Below are positions 1 through 9,201 of a DNA stretch of 64,000 nucleotides, piece by piece. The translations under genes were made by a program, and so were the position numbers. Under the pieces are notes generated by a model that saw nothing but the letters and a program-made list of their open reading frames with translations, was not told the DNA's origin and searched no databases. Source of the stretch: Spirochaetia bacterium (GTDB lineage Bacteria; Spirochaetota; Spirochaetia; SZUA-6; Bin103); the NCBI GenBank assembly GCA_965203515.1, contig OZ241907.1, forward strand, positions 256,001 to 320,000, read 5' to 3'. Each line of letters starts with the position of its first letter. Position 1 is the first letter of the stretch.

Positions 1-537
1 CGCCAGCGCGATGAATCGTCCCGGATACCGGGCGGAAGCCTCGGCGTAGTACTCGTTGAGGTCGCCGTAGACGTGGTCGGACTGCAGCACGCCGGCGTCG
101 ACGCCCGCCAAGTCCATCTCCGCCACCATCCGCTCCGGCGTCGCCTCGTTGTTGGTGAGGCATGGCGGGTAGATCTGCAGCCGGTAGGAGACCCCGTCGA
201 CGGTGATCTCCGCCTGTCCGTGGTCGGTGAGCCGGAAGCCCAGGTCCGGCATGTCGGCGATCGAGTGCGAGCCGAACTCCAGGAGCCGCTCGGCGACGTG
301 CTCACCGGTGTCCGTGCGCCAGAAGTCGATCCACTCGCGCGAGTGGTACTGCCAGAACTTGAGCCGCAGCGCGGGCGGGATGCCCCGCGGCTGCGATCCC
401 AACCGCGGGAAGATGTGATAGTGCGCGTCGATGACCGGCCCGCCGCCGGCCGTGCCGGGCAGGACCCAGCCGCCGCCGGTCCAGCGCGCCGCGCCGCCGC
501 CGCTCGCGCCGCCCCCGCTCACGCGGCCCCCGCTCAC
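1..537 (-). CDS. Amidohydrolase family protein (runs off the left edge of the window)
   Basis: Hand translation of the minus strand gives VIDAHYHIF (metal-binding DxHxH) ... ERMVAEMDLAGVDAGVL ... RYPGRFIALA. In-frame GTG at 537 overlaps the upstream stop (GTGA). Not in the ORF track because it is truncated. Confidence 0.8.
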   Translation of the reverse strand, partial: MSGGRVSGGGASGGGAARWTGGGWVLPGTAGGGPVIDAHYHIFPRLGSQPRGIPPALRLKFWQYHSREWIDFWRTDTGEHVAERLLEFGSHSIADMPDLGFRLTDHGQAEITVDGVSYRLQIYPPCLTNNEATPERMVAEMDLAGVDAGVLQSDHVYGDLNEYYAEASARYPGRFIALA

Positions 538-1505
538 GCGACCGCCCCGTCCGGCTGCGCCTGCAGCCAGGCGGCGAAGTCGCTGCCGCGCCAGCCGGTA
601 CGCGGCCGGTAGCCGAGCCGCTCGGCGGCCTTGGCGGAGCTGAACAGCGAATCGAACCCGGTCAGCGGCGCCCGCCGCTCCACGCCGGCAAAGTGCCGAT
701 CTATCAGCGCCGGCGTGGGGATCAGGCTGCAGGTGTCGGCGCCGGCGATCAGGAAGACCTCGTGCCGGACGTCGGCGGCGGCCAGCGCCAGGCCGAAGGC
801 GGCCGCCGCGTCGCGCAGGTCGGTCACCGCCCAGAGCAGGTTGCGCGGCGGCGGCGGTCCGGGCATCGGCCACGCGCCGTCCGGTTCCCGGAGCGCGCGG
901 CGATAGCGCTCGGCCCAGAGCCGCTCGCGGGTCATGCCGGCGCGGCCGGCCCAGCCGCAGCGCACCGCGACCTCGGCCCCGGCGCGGTCAACGCACCAGT
1001 TGTGGTTGATCCGCAGGCAGACCGTGGTGAGTCCGTAGCGGTCGGCATAGCGCTTGCACGCGGCCTCCGCCATCAGCTTGCTCAGCCCGTATTCGTCCTG
1101 CGGAGCGTCGGGATGGGCCTCGTCGACCGGCAGGTACCGGGGAGTGATGGCGCGGCTCTGAAACGAGAAGCCGGTGGCCGCCGCCGAGGAGGCCAACACC
1201 ACGCGCTCGGCGCCGCACGCGACCGCCGCCTCCAGGACGTTGACCGTGCCGATGACGTTGACCGTCAGCAGGTCCGCCGGCGTCGCCCGTCCCGGTCCGG
1301 GGACCGCCGCCAGATGGATGACCGCGTCGTGACCGGCGCAGGTGCGGCGCAATGCGCCGGCGTCCAGGACGTCGCCGCCGGTCCAGGCGTCCCACGGCTC
1401 GGCGGGCGGCGTGCGGCTGAAGCAGGTCAGCCGGTGCGCGGGCGCGAGCGCGCGGCGCACGTAGCCGCCGACGATGCCGCTGCCGCCGGTGACGATGACG
1501 CGCAT
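534..1505 (-). CDS. NAD-dependent epimerase/dehydratase (extended SDR)
   Basis: TGGSGIVG Rossmann motif, HLAA, YGLSK catalytic YxxxK. Confidence 0.9.
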   Translation of the reverse strand: MRVIVTGGSGIVGGYVRRALAPAHRLTCFSRTPPAEPWDAWTGGDVLDAGALRRTCAGHDAVIHLAAVPGPGRATPADLLTVNVIGTVNVLEAAVACGAERVVLASSAAATGFSFQSRAITPRYLPVDEAHPDAPQDEYGLSKLMAEAACKRYADRYGLTTVCLRINHNWCVDRAGAEVAVRCGWAGRAGMTRERLWAERYRRALREPDGAWPMPGPPPPRNLLWAVTDLRDAAAAFGLALAAADVRHEVFLIAGADTCSLIPTPALIDRHFAGVERRAPLTGFDSLFSSAKAAERLGYRPRTGWRGSDFAAWLQAQPDGAVA

Positions 1506-1589
1506 GGGGTAGCGTAGCGCCGCGGCGAGGCGAGCGCGACCGCCCGGCGCCGGTCCCGGTGACGGAGCCGGCGCTGCGTCGGCGGCCGA

Positions 1590-3047
1590 CTACATCGGGC
1601 CGATGCGTTCCTCGCCCACGTCGACGGCGGCGCGCATCGACGCGTCGAAGCTGCGCAGCAGCAGATCGGACTTGACGGCGGCGGCGGCCGGCTCGTCCCA
1701 CAGGTTCTCGAACTCCCCCGGGTCGGCGTCCAGGTCGTAGAGCTCGCCCAGTCCGTGGCCGTGGTAGACCACCAGCTTGTGCGAACGGGTGCGGTACATG
1801 GTCGCGTAGCTGCCGTCCGGCCCGTCGGTCGCGTCGAAGTACTCGCTGCGCACCGCCGCGCGCCCGGCGCCGGCCGCTCCGGCGTCCGCCAACAGGGACC
1901 GGCCCTGCATCCAGGGCGGGACCGGCCGGCCGGCCGCTTCCAGCAGCGTCGGCGCCAGGTCGGTCAGCTCCACCAGCCGGTCGCTGACGCGGCCCGACTC
2001 GATCCGACCCGGCCAGCGCAGGATCAGCGGCACCCGTACCAGACCCTCGTAGAAGCGGCAGCCTTTGCGGATCAGGCCGTGGTCGCCCAGCGACTCGCCA
2101 TGGTCGCTGGTGAAGATCACCAGCGTGCGCTCCGCCTGCCCGGACTCCTCCAAGGCGTCCAGCATGCGGCCCACCTGATCGTCGATCAGCGCGATCATCG
2201 CGTAGTAGGCGGCCTGCAGCGTCTTCGCGTCGCGCGCGAACGCGGCGGCGTCGGCCGCCGGCGCCGAGTCGCGGCCCGGGAAGGAAGGGAGCACCGGATG
2301 GGCGATGTCGAGCGGGCCGGCCGGGTCGCGCGCCTCGCTCTGGAAATCGACGGCGCGCAGCCGGCGCTGCTGCCGCAGGTCGCTCGGGCGAAACAGCGGG
2401 CCGGGCATCCGCTGCGGATCGAACCGGGCGCGGTACGCCGCCGGCGGATTGAACGGCTCGTGCGGGTCGTAGATGTTGACGGTGGCCAGCCACGGCGCGC
2501 CGCCGGCGCGTTGCGCGCGCATGAAGTCGATCGTCTGTTCCGCGCACCACGTGGTCTGGTGCAGTTCGGCCGGAACGCCGGCCGGGTCCCGGATCAGCTC
2601 GCCCAGGTCGTGGCCCTGGTCCCGCACCCATTCGGCATAGGCGTGGCCCGCCGGCCAGTCGTCGCGGGGCGCGTGGCTCCACCGCCAGTAGCGGTAGCCG
2701 TCGTCGCCGCGCGGCTCGGGCCGCTCATACGCGCCGGCCAGGTGCAACTTGCCGATCAGACCGCAGCGGTAGCCGGCGCCGGCCAGCAGCCGGGTCACCA
2801 GCGGGTAGCGCCCGCGGTAGCGCGCGTTGCCATTGCGCGTGTTCTGGCAGGTGCTGGGGTAGGTGCCGGTCAGGAAGCTGGCGCGGCTCGGCGTGCAGAT
2901 CGGGCTCTGGCAGAACGCGTGCGTGTACGCCGTGCCGTCGCGCCACAGACGGTCGAGCCGCGGCGTGCGCACGTGCCGGTTGCCGCCGGCGCCGACGGTG
3001 TCATATCGCTGCTGGTCGGTGCAGATCCACAGGATGTTGGGTTGCAT
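1590..3047 (-). CDS. Sulfatase-like hydrolase (formylglycine type)
   Basis: PNILWICTDQQR N-terminus, CTPSRAS (CxPxR), GKLHL, FTSDHG, ELYDL. Confidence 0.95.
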   Translation of the reverse strand: MQPNILWICTDQQRYDTVGAGGNRHVRTPRLDRLWRDGTAYTHAFCQSPICTPSRASFLTGTYPSTCQNTRNGNARYRGRYPLVTRLLAGAGYRCGLIGKLHLAGAYERPEPRGDDGYRYWRWSHAPRDDWPAGHAYAEWVRDQGHDLGELIRDPAGVPAELHQTTWCAEQTIDFMRAQRAGGAPWLATVNIYDPHEPFNPPAAYRARFDPQRMPGPLFRPSDLRQQRRLRAVDFQSEARDPAGPLDIAHPVLPSFPGRDSAPAADAAAFARDAKTLQAAYYAMIALIDDQVGRMLDALEESGQAERTLVIFTSDHGESLGDHGLIRKGCRFYEGLVRVPLILRWPGRIESGRVSDRLVELTDLAPTLLEAAGRPVPPWMQGRSLLADAGAAGAGRAAVRSEYFDATDGPDGSYATMYRTRSHKLVVYHGHGLGELYDLDADPGEFENLWDEPAAAAVKSDLLLRSFDASMRAAVDVGEERIGPM

Positions 3048-3129
3048 GGAGGTCGCTCTCGTCCGCGCGCGATCATAGCGGATGCGCCGCCGGTCATGCG
3101 GCGGCCATTCGGTGTAATGCCGGTCCGGC

Positions 3130-5397
3130 TTACCGTTGCGGCCGGCGCCGGCCCCGTTCCGGGGCCGGCCACGTGAAGCAGGCCGCCGCGGCGGCGACGA
3201 AGAACCGGAACTGCGCCAGCGCGCCGACGTGGGGCCGGGACAGCGTATCCAGCAGCACGGGGTTGAGGTCGGTCCCCGCCACCGCGATCGGGCACTCCGC
3301 CAGGGCGCGCTCGGCCGCGTCCCGGAACGCGTCGGGATCGTCGATCAGCGGCGGCAGGGCGGCGACCCGCTCGCGGGCTGCCGGCGTTACCGACTCGCGC
3401 GGCTGCCGCTCCTGCCGTTCCTCCTGGAAGTCGACCAGCAGCGCCAGTCCGTACCGCCGCTCGGTCAGGTAGCCCTGGTAGAGCGGATAGAAGGCGTTGG
3501 CGATCCGCAGGATGCCGGCGGCGGCCAGGATGATCTCGTCGCGAGCGTACCCCGTGGGGCGGCGCTCCAGCGGGCCGAGCAGGGTGGCCAGCGATCCGGG
3601 CCGGCCGAACAGCTCCAACGCCGCGGCGCCGTGGATCAGCAGCCGCGGATTGGCGGTCTCACGGTACATCCGTTCGATGGCCGCCAGGCTCTCCTCGTCT
3701 CCCAGACGCGCCAGCGCCACCATGCACTTCCCGGCCAGGAAGAAATCGTCGGACTGAAGGCCGCGGCGCAGCGCCGGCACCGCCTCTCCCATCTCCCGGC
3801 GGCCGATCAGCTCCGCCGCCATGTACGCGGTCGTGAACGGCTGCTCCTCGACCTCGGTGATCAGAGCCGACCGCACCTGATCGTTCAGCGGTACCTCCGA
3901 CAGCGCGTCGAGCGCCTCCGAGCGCACCGTGAAGCGCGGCGAGCGGAGCGCCCGCAGCAGCTCCGGCGCCGCCAGGTCCGATCGCACCTCGCCGAGCCGC
4001 TGGATCAGGAACTCGGCGGCCGCCGGCGTGCGGCTGGCCTTCAGCCGGTGCAGCAGCGCCAGCGCCCGCAGTTGCCGGGGCGACACGAAGATGCCCAGCA
4101 CGTTGGGGAACGAGACGGCGCCCAGCCGGTCCAGCCGCATCGTGAGCAGCAGGATGGCGGCGTACGCCGCGGCCATGCCGCCATAGTAGAGGCGGTAGGC
4201 GTCGTCCGCCGCCAGACCGTCCACGGCTCCCAGTCCGCCCAGCACGGCGCCGCCGGTCAGCGACCCCAGCATCGCGCCGACGCCGATCACGAGCAGGTCG
4301 AAGATGCCCAGGTTCAGGCGCTCCTCCGCCGGGATCAGACTCAGGAAGTAGACGCTGTGCATGTTCTCGTTGCCGTACGCGCCGAACGTCGCCAGGAAGA
4401 AGATGGCGCCCAGGAAGACCCACGCCGCGGCCGGGTTGCCGAGCGGCGGCGCCACCGCCACCAGCAGCGCGGTGACCGCCAGCACGATGCTGAACAGCGA
4501 CATCAGCGGCTTGGCGCCGACCCGGTCGATGACGAAGCTGCTCACCAGCGCCATGACGATGGCGCCGACCGAACCGCCGGCGGCCAGCAGGATCGCGGCG
4601 TCGTCGCCGAGCCCGTGGACCCGCTTCACGTAGACCAGCAGGAACGGCACCGTCATCGCCGCCACGAAGCCGTTGAGCGCCAGCACCACGACGAAGCGGG
4701 GGAAGCCGCGGCGGCGGAAGGCGTCGCGCACCGACGGCCAGAAGCTGCCGGCGCGCGCCAGCGCCGCCGGCTCCGGCAGGCGGAACAGATCGCGGGCGGC
4801 CGCCACGCCGGTCACGATGCCGAGTCCCAGCACCAGCGTGAACAGGATCAGGGGCGACTGCGGCTGCAGCAGCAGCCCCATCGCCAGCCCGGCGGTGATC
4901 GAGCCGAGGTGGATGACGAGATGGATGCGCGCCAGGAACGAGCCGCGTTCGGCCGGCGTGGTGACGGCGCCGATGATCGCGTTGTAGCCGGTCATGGCGA
5001 TGCCGCGGGCCAGATGGAAGCCGACGACGCTGATCCCGATCAACCAGATGCCCAGGTCGGGCCGTCCCTGGTCGGCGGCCAGCGGCGCGAACAGGATCGG
5101 CGTCATCAGGAGTTGGCGGATGATCCAGAACACCCCGGCGGTGCGCACCGTCCCCATCCGCCGGACCACGGCGCGCCCGATCAGGGGCAGGAGGTGCGCC
5201 AGCGGTATGAAGGAGTAGAGGACGCCGACCAGCGGCTCGCCGGCGCCCAGCCGCAGCGCGTACAGGGCGATGACGTTCCCGGTGAGGAACTGGTACGAGA
5301 TCATGTTGAGGAAGGAGAAGAGCGTGAAGCGGCGCTGCGCCACGCGGAGCTGCCGCGGTGTCAGGCCCCCTTCCTTGCCGGCAATCTTCGTCGCCAT
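3130..5397 (-). CDS. MFS transporter fused to a C-terminal HEAT-repeat domain
   Basis: About 12 hydrophobic segments followed by HEAT-like repeats (VRSEALDAL, AVPALRRGL, MVALARLGD). GGAGGAG SD upstream of ATG 5397. Confidence 0.8.
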   Translation of the reverse strand: MATKIAGKEGGLTPRQLRVAQRRFTLFSFLNMISYQFLTGNVIALYALRLGAGEPLVGVLYSFIPLAHLLPLIGRAVVRRMGTVRTAGVFWIIRQLLMTPILFAPLAADQGRPDLGIWLIGISVVGFHLARGIAMTGYNAIIGAVTTPAERGSFLARIHLVIHLGSITAGLAMGLLLQPQSPLILFTLVLGLGIVTGVAAARDLFRLPEPAALARAGSFWPSVRDAFRRRGFPRFVVVLALNGFVAAMTVPFLLVYVKRVHGLGDDAAILLAAGGSVGAIVMALVSSFVIDRVGAKPLMSLFSIVLAVTALLVAVAPPLGNPAAAWVFLGAIFFLATFGAYGNENMHSVYFLSLIPAEERLNLGIFDLLVIGVGAMLGSLTGGAVLGGLGAVDGLAADDAYRLYYGGMAAAYAAILLLTMRLDRLGAVSFPNVLGIFVSPRQLRALALLHRLKASRTPAAAEFLIQRLGEVRSDLAAPELLRALRSPRFTVRSEALDALSEVPLNDQVRSALITEVEEQPFTTAYMAAELIGRREMGEAVPALRRGLQSDDFFLAGKCMVALARLGDEESLAAIERMYRETANPRLLIHGAAALELFGRPGSLATLLGPLERRPTGYARDEIILAAAGILRIANAFYPLYQGYLTERRYGLALLVDFQEERQERQPRESVTPAARERVAALPPLIDDPDAFRDAAERALAECPIAVAGTDLNPVLLDTLSRPHVGALAQFRFFVAAAAACFTWPAPERGRRRPQR

Positions 5398-5506
5398 CGG
5401 TCCCGAATCTCCTCCGAAGAGAGGTCGCAGCCCCTGCCAGGGGAGATGCAAGTTACGGACGGCGCCCGGCTCCGGGCAACCGAGCGCCACTTGGCCGCCG
5501 CGCTGC

Positions 5507-6280
5507 TCACGCCCAACCTCGCAGGCGGTAGACGAGGAGACCGAGGTGTTCCCGGAACGCCTTGGTGCTTTGCCGCAGCGCCCAGCTGGCCGGGAGGAGC
5601 CGCAGGAGCAGAGGTTGAGCGTCTCTGCTCCCGTGGTCCGTCGGGGCGGCCAGCGCCTGCAGTCCCGCCCGTCGGAAGGCGGCCAGGGTGCGGTGCATGT
5701 GCCAGGCTGACGTGACCACCAGCACCGTCTCCAGGCCGCGGGCGGCGGCGATCTCCGCGCTGTACGCCGCGTTGCCGCGGGTGGTGCGGCTGCTCCGTTC
5801 GCTGACCACGGCCGCCTCCGGGACCCCGAACGCGGCCAGCACCATGCGGGTGGCGTCGGCCTCCGACTGTCGGCCGGGAGCGTCCCACACGTTGCCGGCG
5901 GAGACGATGATCAGCGGCGCCTTGCCGGCATGGTACAGGCGCGCCGCGTGCCACACCCGATCGGCGCTTTCCCGCAGGTCGGGATAGGGCGAGCCGTTTC
6001 CGTTCCAGGCCGGGACCACGCTGCCGCCGATCAGCACGATCGCGTCCGCTCCGGGCAGCGCCTCCGTCCGCTGCGGCGGGTACCGAGTCGTCAGCGAACG
6101 CATGATCACCTGCGCGGTGACCGGCAGCGACCAGGCCCACAGCCACAGCAGCGAGAACCCGAGCAGTCCGGCGGCGAGGCCGCGCCCGCGCCGCCGGAGC
6201 GCCGGCAGAGCCAGCAGTCCGGCGCCGAGTGCGACGCCCAGCGGCGTGGCGATCAGACCGAGTGCCTTGTACAACAACAT
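5507..6280 (-). CDS. YdcF/DUF218 family membrane protein
   Basis: N-terminal TM segments, ADAIVLIGG, SEA..M, SRTTRGNA, LVVTSAWHMHR, EHLG. Confidence 0.9.
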   Translation of the reverse strand: MLLYKALGLIATPLGVALGAGLLALPALRRRGRGLAAGLLGFSLLWLWAWSLPVTAQVIMRSLTTRYPPQRTEALPGADAIVLIGGSVVPAWNGNGSPYPDLRESADRVWHAARLYHAGKAPLIIVSAGNVWDAPGRQSEADATRMVLAAFGVPEAAVVSERSSRTTRGNAAYSAEIAAARGLETVLVVTSAWHMHRTLAAFRRAGLQALAAPTDHGSRDAQPLLLRLLPASWALRQSTKAFREHLGLLVYRLRGWA

Positions 6281-6310
6281 GAGGCGCCTTCGTGAACCCC
6301 GATTGCAGGA

Positions 6311-7366
6311 TCATCGACCCTCGTCGTGGGTGAGCTCGCCGATCAGTTGGCGGCGGTCGATCATCTCCACGGCCGGCGCGTCGAAGCGGCCGTAGCCGTT
6401 CCACACCTTGAAGCCGACCAGCTCCCGGAGGAGGAGCGGGGCGTCGGCGAGCACCTCCGGCAGCATGCCGAGCGTGTAGTTCTCCTGCGGTCGGAACTGC
6501 GGGCCGCAGTAGGTATTGAGCAGACCCATGCGCGGCTCGCCGGTGCGGTTGGTGCCGGAGCCGTGCCACAGCCGGCCCTCGAAGAACATCGCCGTGCCGG
6601 CCGGAGCCTCGATCGGCACCAGGTCCCCTTCGTCGTACAGCTCCGGCTTCGGCTGCCGGCCGCTCAGGTGGCTTCCCGGCACCACCCGCGTGGCGCCGTT
6701 GTCGGCGTGAAAGTCGACCAGCAGCCACATGCTGTTCACGCACGCGGGCGGCGCGATCATGGCGGCGGCGCCGCGCGCCTCGCCCGCTTCCTGGCGGGTG
6801 ATCGAACCGACCGGCAGACCGAACGCGCCCGCGGGCACCGGCGGCGGCATCCACCAGGCGTCGGTGTGCAGCTCCATGGGCGCGGCGCCGGTGCCGACGA
6901 TGTTGGCGGTGCTGCAGGAGAGCTGGAAGTGCTCGCCGAGCACGTGTCGGACCAGTTCCAGGGCCTGCTCCTCGATCACGATGTCACGGAAGATCCGTCC
7001 TTTGTTGAGCAGCATGAACAGCCGCTGACTGACGCCCCCGGCCGCCGCCGTGAAGCGCTCGCGGCGCACCGTGCCGTCGGCGTCGGCAAAGGCGCCCCAG
7101 CGCTGATCGGCGGTCCCGTCCATGTAGGCCACGCCCCGCTCGCGCTCGGCGGCGGCCTGAGCGCGGAGCCGCTCGCGCGCCTCATGCAGATCGGCGCCGG
7201 TCAGGGCGTCCGCCAGCAGGCAGTAGCCGCTACGCTGCAGGTCAGCCTTGCAGCGCGCCACGTCGGTGGTGAGCCGCGGCCGCTCCGTCCCGCCACGCTC
7301 CGCGCCACGCTCCGCGTCCTGGCCGGCCGGGGAGGCTCGGTTGCCGGATTCCACGGATGAGAACAC
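6311..7366 (-). CDS. Phytanoyl-CoA dioxygenase (PhyH) family Fe/2OG dioxygenase
   Basis: GY.LL N-terminus, LHTD, NGATRVVPGSH, LWHGSG, R. Start uncertain. Confidence 0.88.
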   Translation of the reverse strand: MFSSVESGNRASPAGQDAERGAERGGTERPRLTTDVARCKADLQRSGYCLLADALTGADLHEARERLRAQAAAERERGVAYMDGTADQRWGAFADADGTVRRERFTAAAGGVSQRLFMLLNKGRIFRDIVIEEQALELVRHVLGEHFQLSCSTANIVGTGAAPMELHTDAWWMPPPVPAGAFGLPVGSITRQEAGEARGAAAMIAPPACVNSMWLLVDFHADNGATRVVPGSHLSGRQPKPELYDEGDLVPIEAPAGTAMFFEGRLWHGSGTNRTGEPRMGLLNTYCGPQFRPQENYTLGMLPEVLADAPLLLRELVGFKVWNGYGRFDAPAVEMIDRRQLIGELTHDEGR

Positions 7367-7394
7367 AGTCGTGCCATAGTATCAGGAGGCGAGC

Positions 7395-8366
7395 ATGAGC
7401 GCACTCACCAACCGGCAGATCGAGTTCTTCGAACGCGAGGGTTACCTGATGGTGCCGGAGGTCTTCGCCCCGGCCGACCTGGAGCCGCTCCGCGACGAGT
7501 TCACCGCGGTGATTCACGCATCGGCCCTCGAATTGCGCGCCGCCGGCAAGCTCTCGCGGCTGTACGAGGAAGAGCCGTTCGAGCGGCGGCTCAGCCGCAT
7601 CCATGCGGAGACCGACGAGATCCTGGGACCGATCATCGGCCGGGGCGGCGGCGGGCACAGCGGCCCGGCGCTGTTCGCGGTCATCACCCACCCCGGGTTG
7701 CTGGCGGTCGTGGAGTCGCTCATCGGCCCGGAGATCGTCGCCTCCTCGGTCTACCGCGTGCGGCCCAAGATACCGGGCATGGCGCGCGGGGTGGTCCCCT
7801 GGCACCAGGACTCCGGCTACTTCAACGCGCACTGCGACCGGGACCTGATCCTTACCTGCTGGATACCCCTGGTCGACGCGACCGTGGAGAACGGCTGCCT
7901 GGAAGTGCTGCCGCGCGCCCATCGCCGGGGCGTGGCGCGCCACTATACGAACGGCCCGAACGGCTATCTGGCCATCGACGACCCGGACCTGCCGCGCGGC
8001 GGCGCGCCGGTAGCGGCGCCCGTGCCCCTGGGCGGCGTCCTCCTGCTGACCAACCTGACCCCGCATTGCTCGACGCCCAACCGCTCCGACGTGGTCCGCT
8101 GGAGCCTCGACCTCCGCTACCAGGACGCGGCCGTGCCCAACAACGTCGGCGAGGCGCCGCAGGACTTCACCTGGGATCGGCCGGAAGCGGCGATCGCCTG
8201 CTATCCGCCGGAGGCGGACTTCGTCGTGCGGAGCGTCCGCGACGCGCAGTCGGTCGTGCGCTCGGCCGACCGGTTCAACCGGATCCGCCAGCGCTACGAG
8301 CGCCACCGTCCACCCGGCCCGGAGCGCGGCTGGACGCCGTACGACCGGCGCCCGCAACCCGCATGA
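7395..8366 (+). CDS. PhyH family Fe/2OG dioxygenase
   Basis: FFEREGYL, WHQD, ENGCLEVLP, PHCS, RWSLDLRY; AGGAGG SD. Confidence 0.92.
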   Translation: MSALTNRQIEFFEREGYLMVPEVFAPADLEPLRDEFTAVIHASALELRAAGKLSRLYEEEPFERRLSRIHAETDEILGPIIGRGGGGHSGPALFAVITHPGLLAVVESLIGPEIVASSVYRVRPKIPGMARGVVPWHQDSGYFNAHCDRDLILTCWIPLVDATVENGCLEVLPRAHRRGVARHYTNGPNGYLAIDDPDLPRGGAPVAAPVPLGGVLLLTNLTPHCSTPNRSDVVRWSLDLRYQDAAVPNNVGEAPQDFTWDRPEAAIACYPPEADFVVRSVRDAQSVVRSADRFNRIRQRYERHRPPGPERGWTPYDRRPQPA

Positions 8367-9148
8367 CCGGCGCGGTCGACGCGCGGCGGTTCATCCTGAA
8401 CTGCGGCCCGTCGACCGGCGTGCGGACGGACTGGACGTTTGCGGACGCCGTGGAGGCCGGCGTGGTCTCCGATGCCGCGGCGCGGCCCTCCGTCGATCTG
8501 CGCGTCGACGGCTGGCCGGTCCGCGACCAGGGGACGACCGGCGCCTGCGTCGGGTTCGCCGCCGCCGACGGCGTGCTCCATTGGCACTACCGGCAGGCCG
8601 AACTGTTGGCCGACGGCGAACGGCCATCGCCCCGGTTCATCTGGATGGCCAACAAGGAGACCGATCTGCTCACCTCGTTCCCGACGACCTTCATCGAGTC
8701 GGCCGGCACGCAGATCAAGTTGGCGCTGCGGGTCGCCCGCCGGTACGGGTGCGTGCTCGAAAGCACGCTGCCGATGAGCGGCGCGCTCAGCTCGCTCACC
8801 ACCGCGGCGTTCTACGCGCAGGCCGCCCGCTATCGCATCGGCAGCTACCACAATCTCGGTCGCGAGCTCGACCGGTGGCGCGCATGGCTCTCGAACCAGG
8901 GTCCGGTACTGGTGCGGGTGATCGTCGACCGGACCTGGGACCGCGCCACCGCCGCGAACGGCGAGCTGGACCGGCATCGGCCCGATGCGGCCCGCGGCGG
9001 TCACGCCGCCTGCCTGGTCGGCTACACGTCGACGCACTTCATCGTCCGGAACAGTTGGGGGCGGCAGTGGGGTGACGGCGGCTTCGCGTATGCGTCCGAC
9101 GCCTACGCGGCGAGCGCCTTCGACGAGGCGTACGGCGCCGTGCCGTGA
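8363..9148 (+). CDS. C1 (papain-like) cysteine peptidase
   Basis: DQGTTGACVGFA (Q/C), GGHA (H), VRNSWG..WG..G (N). ATGA overlap with the upstream stop. Confidence 0.9.
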   Translation: MTGAVDARRFILNCGPSTGVRTDWTFADAVEAGVVSDAAARPSVDLRVDGWPVRDQGTTGACVGFAAADGVLHWHYRQAELLADGERPSPRFIWMANKETDLLTSFPTTFIESAGTQIKLALRVARRYGCVLESTLPMSGALSSLTTAAFYAQAARYRIGSYHNLGRELDRWRAWLSNQGPVLVRVIVDRTWDRATAANGELDRHRPDAARGGHAACLVGYTSTHFIVRNSWGRQWGDGGFAYASDAYAASAFDEAYGAVP

Positions 9149-9164
9149 CAGCCTCTTGCGCGTT

Positions 9165-9193
9165 TTGACGCCTCGCGGGCGCCGCGCTACCGT
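9165..9193 (+). promoter_or_regulatory. Sigma70-type promoter, probably leaderless
   Basis: TTGACG-17 nt-TACCGT, 8 nt before ATG 9202, no SD. Confidence 0.6.
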
Positions 9194-9201
9194 TCGCACG
9201 C

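Noticed and set aside
511..540. 15-bp tandem duplication at the amidohydrolase start
   Set aside because: Only adds five low-complexity residues or an alternative GTG; no evidence of function
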